Shown here: positions 17,909 to 25,927 of the stretch, one piece after another
Layout: each line of letters begins with the position of its first letter
Position numbering within the stretch: the stretch's first letter is position 1
Assembly (NCBI GenBank): GCA_018303005.1
Contig: JAGVYY010000001.1
Coordinates: forward strand, 1-52,113
DNA length: 52,113 bases
Reading direction: 5' to 3'
Source: Candidatus Woesearchaeota archaeon
GTDB taxonomy: Archaea; Nanobdellota; Nanobdellia; SCGC-AAA011-G17; GW2011-AR20
Made by a program: the position numbers and the translations under genes
Notes under the pieces: model-generated
Told to the model about the DNA's origin: nothing
Databases searched by the model: none
Seen by the model: the letters and a program-made list of their open reading frames with translations, nothing else

Positions 17909-18006
17909 GCCTCGGTAGCTTAATTGGTGGAGCATCGCCTTGGTATTGGTGAATTTATTACTGCACAATCAGGCGAAGGTTGCGGATTCAAGTTCCGTCC
18001 GAGGCT
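17909..18006 (+). tRNA. tRNA-Thr(GGU) with a roughly 25-nt intron at canonical position 37/38
   Basis: - Acceptor: GCCTCGG pairs with CCGAGGC.
- D arm: GCTT-AATTGGTG-GAGC.
- Anticodon stem: TCGCC pairs with GGCGA, with loop TTGGTA[intron 17946-17970]A.
- T arm: GCGGA-TTCAAGT-TCCGT.

The mature tRNA is 73 nt, and CCA is not encoded. Confidence 0.9.
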
Positions 18007-18011
18007 TTTAA

Positions 18012-19049
18012 TTAAAAAGGTTTCCTATTTTTCTTAATTCGAGAATACATTACCAGTATAATTACCAATAGAACAACAATAATTATGGCAGCAAATATCA
18101 AAGTGTTTCCAGCATTATAAGAGTTTTTAATAACCTGGCCTGTAATTGCATTATCTGTGTTATTCTCATTTATGTTCCTGTCAGCATCTTGGTTATTATC
18201 TTGATTTATGTTATTTCTTACATCGTAACCTTCTGGTGTCACTATTACAGGTTCTTCTGATTCATGCAGAGAGCAAGTTTCGTAATCAGACAGCTTGATA
18301 TGACTGTATTTTGAAGTCCTGCATTTATCTGCAAGATATAATGGAAATGACCTATCCTCTGACAGACCTAATGCTATATCCTTGACATAATTATTCTGGT
18401 CTAAATCAAATGTCAACAAGTACTTGTCTGGTCCAGATTCAGAGATATGGAATTCACTAGGCAAAGGTCCTCTTTTGTCTATTATATTAGTCTTTGCCTT
18501 ATAGGGATTTTTTGTGCTTATCATAAAATCTAAGGCTTTTCCTGGATCAACATTAAAACCATTTACCAAGTTAGACTGCCTTAATCCCTTTGCTGTAATC
18601 TCTGCTGTAAAATGCCCTTTGTCTGTGTAACATCTGTCTACATCTATATATAACAAACTGCAGCTGAACACCAAGCCCGGGCAATCAGCCTCAAATTCCT
18701 TTGTCTTGCTTTGGTCATCTTCTAGATAATAGAGATTTATTTTGTATGCCTTTTTTTCAGGCAATGCATTTTCCGGCATACTAAATGTTGCATATCTTTG
18801 TTTCTCGCTGTATGAATCCTTTACACTTTTGCCAGTCCATGTGCCATTAACAATCAAATCTTCTATTCTGACAATCATGTCCTTGGTGTAAGACTCATCA
18901 GGGTCTGTTCCGATAACTGTAAACTCCATGGAACCATCATTATTGCATTGCACTTCTTTAAGGTTCAATGCGCTTACATATGTTGAAGTAAAGACAGCAG
19001 TTAACAACATCATTAATAACAAGAAAACCAGATCGTTTACCTTTTTCAT
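18012..19049 (-). CDS. secreted/cell-surface protein with C-terminal membrane anchor
   Basis: 345-aa ORF with an N-terminal signal-like helix (LVFLLLMMLLTAVFTSTYVSA), an Asn-rich linker, and a C-terminal TM helix plus basic tail (IFAAIIIVVLLVIILVMYSRIKKNRK). Confidence 0.5.
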   Translation of the reverse strand: MKKVNDLVFLLLMMLLTAVFTSTYVSALNLKEVQCNNDGSMEFTVIGTDPDESYTKDMIVRIEDLIVNGTWTGKSVKDSYSEKQRYATFSMPENALPEKKAYKINLYYLEDDQSKTKEFEADCPGLVFSCSLLYIDVDRCYTDKGHFTAEITAKGLRQSNLVNGFNVDPGKALDFMISTKNPYKAKTNIIDKRGPLPSEFHISESGPDKYLLTFDLDQNNYVKDIALGLSEDRSFPLYLADKCRTSKYSHIKLSDYETCSLHESEEPVIVTPEGYDVRNNINQDNNQDADRNINENNTDNAITGQVIKNSYNAGNTLIFAAIIIVVLLVIILVMYSRIKKNRKPF

Positions 19050-19138
19050 GTAAATCTTATAATCATCTGATTTAAATTGTTTTCTATGAATAAATATTCA
19101 ATAAATTTATATATAGAATAAATCAAATACTTCTTGTT

Positions 19139-19615
19139 ATGGACAAGGCTAAATTTAACCTAATAGAAGAATATGATAAGTTAAAGCATAATCTGCCTAA
19201 TTTCAACAAATTGAATGATGAATTTGAGGTATCCAGGAATCAGAATGACTATGAAAAAGAATTCCTGCTCAGAGATATAAGAAGGAAGATGAATGACAAA
19301 GTCATTTTCTTTTGCAGAATAATCGAAGGTCTGCTGTTTCCGACACATGCCAATATAATTAGCATGTATGAAACCAAGTATTTTGATGAGAATACTAAAA
19401 AAGTGATTCTTGACCTGTACAGGCAGCTTATGATTTTCGAGAGAGAGTCATTAAAGCTGGACATAAACTCTGAAAGCGAAAAAGAAGCAAAATATATCAA
19501 TGATGTTTATAATAAATGGATTGAATATAAAAAAGAGATGAAAAATATGATAGAACTAATGCAAGATGCATGGAAGAAGCAGGAGAAAATCATCCCTGAT
19601 AATTACTTCGGCTGA
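19139..19615 (+). CDS. hypothetical protein
   Basis: 158-aa ORF, predicted helical, with no motif recognised. Confidence 0.35.
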   Translation: MDKAKFNLIEEYDKLKHNLPNFNKLNDEFEVSRNQNDYEKEFLLRDIRRKMNDKVIFFCRIIEGLLFPTHANIISMYETKYFDENTKKVILDLYRQLMIFERESLKLDINSESEKEAKYINDVYNKWIEYKKEMKNMIELMQDAWKKQEKIIPDNYFG

Positions 19616-19626
19616 TTTTAAAAAAG

Positions 19627-20175
19627 ATGAATATAATCATAATAGGGCCACCGGGGGCTGGAAAAGGCACTCAAGCAAGGAAATTAGCCAAAGAGCTTAA
19701 TCTACATGTAATTTCCTCTGGCAGACTTCTGCGTGATGAAGCAAAGAAAGCGACAAAAACAGGCATTGAGATTAAGAAATATGTTGACAAAGGTAATCTA
19801 GTACCAGATAGCATATTCTTAAAAATATTGAACAATGCAATAAATAACAGAAAGAGACTGATTATAGATGGTGTTCCCAGGAGCAGAAGCCAGCTTAAAT
19901 TCCCTTTCTGTAAAAAACCAGATTATGTTTTTTTGATAGATGTACCCAAAAAAGAACTGATGAGAAGAATAATCCTAAGAACAGGAAAGAACAGTAGAAA
20001 CGATGACAAGAGTATTATTGCGCTACAAAACAGGTTTTATAAGTATGTGAATAATATAGAATATATAAAAAAATATTACAAGAAAAATGGAAGTCTTTTC
20101 TTGATTGATGGGAACCAGACAAAAAACAAGGTTTTCAGGGATATCATGAACATCATAAAGAGAAAGACCAATTAG
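19627..20175 (+). CDS. adk: adenylate kinase (short bacterial-type)
   Basis: 182-aa ORF with P-loop IIIGPPGAGKGTQARKLAKEL and GNLVPD. Confidence 0.85.
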   Translation: MNIIIIGPPGAGKGTQARKLAKELNLHVISSGRLLRDEAKKATKTGIEIKKYVDKGNLVPDSIFLKILNNAINNRKRLIIDGVPRSRSQLKFPFCKKPDYVFLIDVPKKELMRRIILRTGKNSRNDDKSIIALQNRFYKYVNNIEYIKKYYKKNGSLFLIDGNQTKNKVFRDIMNIIKRKTN

Positions 20176-20204
20176 TTTTTTAAGCTTTTTATCTGCTAAA
20201 GATC

Positions 20205-20567
20205 ATGTTAACCAATATTATAAACAATTTGAAAAAAACCAAGGATTTGGGCAATATCCATGTGTTAGACAATAAACTAAAAAGCCGTATATCTAAACTT
20301 GAAGATAAAAACAATATCGGAGTCCATGAATGCCTAAAAAGAAAGAACACTATTATGCTAACTCATGACTCTAGATTTAGGAGTCCTGAAGGAGAAATTG
20401 TTTTGAAAGATAAAAAAGGTATTCTCTTTCCGGGAGTTCCGTTTTCTGAAGTAAAAGCTGTAAATGTAATAAGCTCTTCCCCATCAAAAAAAATCCATGC
20501 CCTTCTCATGAAAAAATTCAAACTAAAATTGAAGGATGAAGCAACACTGCTCATCGGCTTTGACTAA
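20205..20567 (+). CDS. hypothetical protein
   Basis: 120-aa ORF with no motif recognised. Confidence 0.3.
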   Translation: MLTNIINNLKKTKDLGNIHVLDNKLKSRISKLEDKNNIGVHECLKRKNTIMLTHDSRFRSPEGEIVLKDKKGILFPGVPFSEVKAVNVISSSPSKKIHALLMKKFKLKLKDEATLLIGFD

Positions 20568-20920
20568 TCTGTTTCTTTATTGTTTATATCTAGTTCCCCA
20601 TCCTGCACATATTTTAAGCCGTATTTTAATGCAAGATACGCCTTCTCTAATTCCTTGCCGAGATAGGCTGCATGGTCTGCCCTTGAAATCAAACCTAATT
20701 CACAAGCGGTGAAATAAATGTCCTGGGGTTTCTTTCCTTTTATTATTTTTTCTATTACATTATTTCTTTTGCAATGTCCTGCTTCAATCTCTTTTGTTTT
20801 TCTATTTATCCTGATCAGAAAATAACCTTTAGGATCATATTTCCAGTCTTTTAATTCATCATAATGACCTTGAATTTCTTCTATATTTTCAGCTTGGTGG
20901 GATTTATCAAATAGTGACAT
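20564..20920 (-). CDS. conserved hypothetical protein (DUF4346-like)
   Basis: 118-aa ORF. DPKGYFLIRI and HAAYLGKELEKA resemble DUF4346 as I recall it. It is the last gene of the cobW-archease unit. Confidence 0.35.
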   Translation of the reverse strand: MSLFDKSHQAENIEEIQGHYDELKDWKYDPKGYFLIRINRKTKEIEAGHCKRNNVIEKIIKGKKPQDIYFTACELGLISRADHAAYLGKELEKAYLALKYGLKYVQDGELDINNKETD

Positions 20921-20923
20921 TTT

Positions 20924-21346
20924 CTATACATCCAATATAATAAAAGATCTCCAATAGTTTTTAACCTTTTCTACTTTATACATATGTAACGTAACAGCTT
21001 TTACATCGACCAACAGTTCATGTTTCTTAGGATTTATTTTTTCACCATATAATCCTGCATTTAATATTAATTCCTTACCGTGTTTTATCTTTATCCTGAA
21101 CTTTGAAAATAATAATAAGTTTGCATCCTTTAGGAAAATTAATTCCTGCAAGAAATTAAATAATAGCTCTTCTGGATTTTTTGCTTTTAATTTTATTGAT
21201 TTTATTGTTTTATGCTTTATTTTTTTAAGATTTTTGACCATTGTTTGTTCTGTTGCTAAGGCACATGACTCAAATAATTCTTCTAATGTCTTTCCTTTAG
21301 ATTTAAATGCAACATCTGCTGTATGGTCTATAAATTCATATGACAT
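20924..21346 (-). CDS. archease (RtcB activator)
   Basis: 140-aa ORF MSYEFIDHTADVAFKSKGKTLEELFESCALA..., the archease N-terminal signature (EHTAD-like) at the typical size. Confidence 0.85.
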   Translation of the reverse strand: MSYEFIDHTADVAFKSKGKTLEELFESCALATEQTMVKNLKKIKHKTIKSIKLKAKNPEELLFNFLQELIFLKDANLLLFSKFRIKIKHGKELILNAGLYGEKINPKKHELLVDVKAVTLHMYKVEKVKNYWRSFIILDV

Positions 21347-21347
21347 T

Positions 21348-22229
21348 TTATAGCCTTGATTTCTCCAATTCTTTCTCTATTTCTCTTTGATATTTCTTAA
21401 TACTTTCTCCGATAAAAACCAATTGAGTTTTTTCTTTATCAACCTTTTCTATTACAAAACGAGAAGCAACATAGTTTAATAGATATGTTCCATCTTTCAA
21501 ATTGACAAAACCCTTTGATCTATAGATCTCTTTCGGCAATGTTGTTATTATATCTTCAAATTTTTTTCTGTCAAATATTATGTTCTTATCAAATACAAAA
21601 CTCTCAATTTCAGAATGCCCATGATTCTTGTCTAATTTAATCCAGTGTTTTTCATGGATGCCAAACAATAAGTTTAAGTTTATGCCACAATTTTGTACTC
21701 TTATAACAACTGCACTTTTGTTTATTGTCTTCAATTTGGATTCAAGCTCTTTCAATTGCCTGTCATTCACAAGGTCGATTTTGTTTATTAATATAATGTC
21801 TGCCATTTCAATCTGTATTTTTGTTGTTCTCCCTATCTGCGGAAATTTTACTAGGCCATCTGCATCTGCTATTGCAATTACAGAGTCTAATGAGATAAAC
21901 TTAAGATTTTTTTCTATATCAACTATTAAGGCATCTGGTTCTGCAATTCCTGTTGTTTCCACAATAATTAATTCTGGTTTAACTTTATTTATAATCTCTT
22001 TAATTGCATCTTCAAATTCTCCTGTTAGAGAACAACAAACACAACCATTCATTAATTCAGTCATGTTGACATTTTTTCCTTTTATTATTTTGCTGTCTAT
22101 GGAAATTTCTCCAAATTCATTCATGATTATAGCTATTTTCTTTTTTGAATCTTTTAGAATATGGTGCAATAAAGTTGTTTTGCCTGCTCCTAAATAACCT
22201 GTTATTATCACTAGTGGAGTTTTTTTCAT
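21348..22229 (-). CDS. CobW/COG0523-family GTPase (metallochaperone-like)
   Basis: 293-aa ORF with P-loop ITGYLGAGKTTLL, the CVCCS metal motif and NKIDL. Its stop lies 1 nt from the archease start. Confidence 0.85.
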   Translation of the reverse strand: MKKTPLVIITGYLGAGKTTLLHHILKDSKKKIAIIMNEFGEISIDSKIIKGKNVNMTELMNGCVCCSLTGEFEDAIKEIINKVKPELIIVETTGIAEPDALIVDIEKNLKFISLDSVIAIADADGLVKFPQIGRTTKIQIEMADIILINKIDLVNDRQLKELESKLKTINKSAVVIRVQNCGINLNLLFGIHEKHWIKLDKNHGHSEIESFVFDKNIIFDRKKFEDIITTLPKEIYRSKGFVNLKDGTYLLNYVASRFVIEKVDKEKTQLVFIGESIKKYQREIEKELEKSRL

Positions 22230-22317
22230 ATAAAAATTAAGACCATATTGTTTAAATAAGTGATTAATTTAATATTTTTTAAGGCTAGCCCATACAATAC
22301 TGCTTTTATATATTTTA

Positions 22318-22872
22318 TTATTTATCAATTAATATCTTTGCCTGATATATTGTAGCTATAACCTGAACTATACCCATGATCAAGAAAAGAGTGTTGAAGG
22401 AAAAATAGTTTATTATTAAACCACCAATAATAATAGCTATAGCTGTTACTATACTATTCATCCCTCCTACAATTCCCCATTGAAAACCGTAATAATCTTC
22501 CTTACTATGTTTTGCATATAATGCATTCCAGGCAGGTGTAGCAAATGCTGCAGCTATTCCCAAGCCTACTTGTATAATAAATAAATGCCAAATTGATGAG
22601 ACAAACAGATAACCAAATGTGAATACTGCATTTAAAGCACATCCTGTAAGCAATATTTTTTCTTTGATGTCTTTGCGGTCTAAAAAATGGCCCACAACTA
22701 TATATAAAATTCCTGTAACTATGAGATATGTTGCCCACGCCCATGTAACATCAAATATATTACCGTTTATCTTTTCTGTAAATACGGCGAGAAGAGGACC
22801 TAACATACCCTCTCCAAAAGCCCATATTACCCCTCCATAAAGGAGGATTTTGGCATTCTTATTGAGTCTCAT
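22318..22872 (-). CDS. half-size MFS-like membrane protein (6 TM)
   Basis: 184-aa ORF, hydrophobic throughout. It resembles one 6-helix half of an MFS transporter, and no second half is adjacent. Confidence 0.45.
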   Translation of the reverse strand: MRLNKNAKILLYGGVIWAFGEGMLGPLLAVFTEKINGNIFDVTWAWATYLIVTGILYIVVGHFLDRKDIKEKILLTGCALNAVFTFGYLFVSSIWHLFIIQVGLGIAAAFATPAWNALYAKHSKEDYYGFQWGIVGGMNSIVTAIAIIIGGLIINYFSFNTLFLIMGIVQVIATIYQAKILIDK

Positions 22873-23111
22873 ATATTTTAATATATAGATTACACTTATA
22901 AAGCTTTTTTGTCTGAAATAATACCTTACAATTTCAGAGTTACATTGTCAACTGATTTAAATGTGTGAATTAAGAATCGGGATATATTCTCTTAAAAATT
23001 TTGAATTATTAAATAAATGGAAAATATTTGATTTACATCCTTATAGAAAATTAACGTTTAATAATTCTTTTGATAAATTAAAAACATATTATGGTATTAA
23101 GTATATCTCAC

Positions 23112-24623
23112 CTAACCCTTCAGATTCCCGATTGGAGAAAGTAAAGACACCCTTCTAGATATTCCTGATTTTTCTACAGAATCAACGACTAACTCTAAAT
23201 CCTTATAAGATTGACCGGCTTCCTCTGCTAAACCTGACCATGAAACACTTTTTACATATATGCCTTGCTTCAACATATCTTTTTGTAATTGTTCTCCCCT
23301 AAACATTTTTTTTGCTTTGGTTCTTGACATTGTTCTTCCAGAACCATGCATTGTTGAACAAAATGTTTGTTCTGCTTTTTTATCTCCCACTAAAATATAG
23401 CTTCCGGTTGACATTGAACCACCAACAATAATATAGCTTCCATCTTCACGATATTTTTCAGGTATTTCTTCTCTACCAGATGGGTGACTCGCTGTGCTAC
23501 CTTTACGGTGGACTAATAATTCTTTAATTTTACCATCAACTTTATGTTTTTCCAAACTAGCCTTATTGTGGCTAATATCTCCTAACATATGCATACCTAA
23601 ATTTTCTGCATCTTTATTAAATATTTTTGAAAATACTTCTCTTATTCTATGTAAAATAACCTGTCTATTTGCAAAAGACATATTAATTCCAGTGCCCATT
23701 GCTTTGTAATAATCCTGTCCTTCATTACTATTGAAAGGCGCACATGCCAATTCTCTATCTAAAATTTTAATTCCGTATTTTGGTTCCATTACATTTAGAA
23801 ACTTTTGTAGGTAATCAGTTGCACACTGGTGGCCATATCCCCTCGAGCCACAATGAAAAGTAATTACAATCTGATCTGAAAACAGTCCCCATTTTTTTGC
23901 TAATTTTTCATCTTTAATATTCTCTGGTTTAATGTGCTGAATTTCTAGATAATGATTTCCTGAACCTAGTGTACCAATTTGATTAAATCCTCGAACAATA
24001 GCTCTATCACTTACTTTTGAAGAATCGGCAAAATCTGCTTTTCCATTTAATTCTGTTCTTTCTAAATCTTCTTTCCAGCCATAACCTTCTTTAACACACC
24101 AATGAGCACCCTCTTCTACTATAGTTTTAAACTGTTGTTTATTTATTTTCAGAAATCCTTCACTTCCAACACCACAAGGCACTCTTTGAAACAATGTATC
24201 AACTAATTCTTTTATTTTTGGTTTTACTTCATTATAAGTTAAATTAGTTAAAACTGTGCGCATACCACATGAAATGTCAAAACCTATGCCTCCGGGGCTA
24301 ATCACACCACCATTCTCAACATCAAATGCAGCAACACCACCTATTGGGAAGCCATCTAGAGGAAGTATAGAGCTTTTCTAAAACTTCAAACCCCAATGGC
24401 CATCAGGCATACACATAGCGTATTTTACAATGCCTGGAAGAGTTGCAACATTTGTAACTTGGTCAAAGACTCCAGCATCCATATCGTTCAGTAATTTTTT
24501 ACTTGCGTAAATTCTAGCTGGAACTCTCATACCTTTCTTATACGATGGTGGTAATTCCCACACATAACCTTTATCATCCGCTTGTTTAATTTCCTTTGGC
24601 GGGCCTGTTCTCTCTTCTTCCAT
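23112..24623 (-). CDS. rtcB: RNA-splicing ligase RtcB, interrupted by a 33-nt BHB-type intron (exons 24389-24623 and 23112-24355)
   Basis: Track ORFs 24378..24623 and 23112..24305 are in the same frame, separated by a single TAG. Exon 1 ends ...AMCMPDGHWG and exon 2 continues GFPIGGVAAFDVENGGVISPGGIGFDISCGMR. The spliced length is 1479 nt (492 aa). AAGGAGGAG lies upstream of the ATG. Confidence 0.9.
24356..24388 (-). other. putative bulge-helix-bulge intron within the rtcB mRNA
   Basis: In mRNA sense the region reads GGGG-UUU-GAAGU...ACUUC-CUCU-AGA. That is a 4-bp helix (2 GC plus 2 GU) flanked by two 3-nt bulges, plus an intron hairpin. Cutting after the second bulge nucleotide removes 33 nt including the TAG and creates a UAU (Tyr) codon, giving HWGYGFPIGG. 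Confidence 0.7.
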
Positions 24624-24802
24624 TATTCTCCTCCTTAACTGTAATATTAAATAAGCAGTTAGTTTATAAAATTTCTCATAGTGTTAGCCTTAACTTCTAA
24701 GTATTAACTTTGTCACGAAAACTAAAAAGTCAAATAATTAGTACATTGGTATGTTAAAGAGTGCTAATTCAATTAAAAAATTAACTCCAAATTTTGGAAG
24801 CA

Positions 24803-24810
24803 TTTATAAA
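24803..24810 (+). promoter_or_regulatory. TATA box
   Basis: TTTATAAA ends 24 nt before the ATG at 24834. Confidence 0.5.
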
Positions 24811-24833
24811 TTTAATAACATAATTAAAATATT

Positions 24834-25241
24834 ATGAAAAGAGCTAAAAATAGCCCCACAAAAATAATTCTTGTTGATGCAGTAGATTGTTTTGTAGTAG
24901 ATGATGAAGGCATCTTCAAGGAGATGTACAGCTTACTTGAAACATTTCCAAACCGAAAAATTATTCTGACCGGTGCTAATGATGAACAATTCAAAAAATA
25001 CGATCTGAATAAAATGCCTTATGAAATTTTTACACTTAAGCACAATCCAGAGAAAACAGACCCGAAATATTATAAGATACTTCTTCAGCATTTTGATTTG
25101 AGCAAAGATGACGTTATTTACTTTGAACATAATCCAGATGCAGTAAAAAGTGCTAAGTCCGTTGGTATTAAGTCTTACTATTACGACCCGAAGAAAAAAG
25201 ATTTAGAAGCTCTCAAAAAATTTCTGATTAACAACATTTAA
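24834..25241 (+). CDS. HAD-superfamily-like hydrolase (divergent motif I)
   Basis: 135-aa ORF. ILVDAVDCF, TGAND and IYFEHNPDAVKSAKSVGI resemble HAD motifs I, II and IV. Confidence 0.45.
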   Translation: MKRAKNSPTKIILVDAVDCFVVDDEGIFKEMYSLLETFPNRKIILTGANDEQFKKYDLNKMPYEIFTLKHNPEKTDPKYYKILLQHFDLSKDDVIYFEHNPDAVKSAKSVGIKSYYYDPKKKDLEALKKFLINNI

Positions 25242-25248
25242 ATAAAAT

Positions 25249-25587
25249 ATGAAAAGAATTTATATGATTATATTATTAATTTTCATTTTGTTTATAACCG
25301 GCTGTGGTAAAGCAGAATACAATACAAGTTCTGAGGTTAAAAACGAAAATACCCTTACTGACATTTGCATTCAAGCATGTAAAGATGCTCTTTCACAAGG
25401 TAAAAATCTTGACAATGGTCCTTGTTTACTTAATCCAATAAAAGATAATCCGAAATGGGTTTGTGACATTGCCCATAATCCAAGAACAAGTATAGACAAC
25501 ATTCAAGAAAACCAATGTTCTTCATTTAGGGAAGGAAAAGTAAATAGGTTTATTGAAGTGACTCCGGATTGTAAATCTATCATATAA
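25249..25587 (+). CDS. putative lipoprotein
   Basis: 112-aa ORF with a signal peptide and lipobox-like FITGC. The mature part is Cys-rich. Confidence 0.5.
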   Translation: MKRIYMIILLIFILFITGCGKAEYNTSSEVKNENTLTDICIQACKDALSQGKNLDNGPCLLNPIKDNPKWVCDIAHNPRTSIDNIQENQCSSFREGKVNRFIEVTPDCKSII

Positions 25588-25604
25588 ATCTGGTTTTCAA
25601 TAAG

Positions 25605-25612
25605 TTTATAAA
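25605..25612 (+). promoter_or_regulatory. TATA box
   Basis: TTTATAAA ends 22 nt before the ATG at 25634. Confidence 0.5.
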
Positions 25613-25633
25613 ATTTTATTTTATTATTGTTCT

Positions 25634-25927
25634 ATGACAACTAGAGAAGAAGAGATTGATCTACCCTCTATAGAGAATATAATTGAAGATTTTAATAATC
25701 TATCACCTAACGAAAAGAAATGTTTTATAGATTATGTTAAAGCGGTTTTAGAAGACAGCAGGTTATGCACTTCTTATGGGATAGAATTTAACCATAATGG
25801 TCGTGTCAATGATTATCAGGGTGTTATTATAAGCCAGTACTTAGTCTTCAACAAAAATGTTTTTTACAGCCCTGCAACTGTTCAAGGCATTATAAATCAA
25901 ATGCAAAAAAAACAAAAACCAGATTAG
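25634..25927 (+). CDS. hypothetical protein
   Basis: 97-aa ORF with a TATA box at leaderless spacing and no motif recognised. Confidence 0.35.
   Translation: MTTREEEIDLPSIENIIEDFNNLSPNEKKCFIDYVKAVLEDSRLCTSYGIEFNHNGRVNDYQGVIISQYLVFNKNVFYSPATVQGIINQMQKKQKPD

Noticed and set aside
22961-23158. 65-aa plus-strand ORF between the MFS-like gene and rtcB
   Set aside because: It overlaps the rtcB 3' end, has an AT-rich low-complexity translation, and has no TATA or SD signal at the expected spacing.
24378-24380. In-frame TAG in rtcB read as pyrrolysine, as stop-codon readthrough, or as a sign of codon reassignment
   Set aside because: The 11 flanking codons (LKF*KSSILPLD) replace a single invariant Tyr of the H-x-G-Y-G motif. 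Precise 33-nt excision at BHB-predicted sites restores that motif. No other gene in the window needs TAG to be read through.
24306-24388. Intein or ordinary pseudogenisation of rtcB
   Set aside because: 33 nt is far too short for an intein and it contains a stop. Both exons are otherwise intact, in frame, and carry all the conserved motifs I can recognise, which is unlike a decaying pseudogene.
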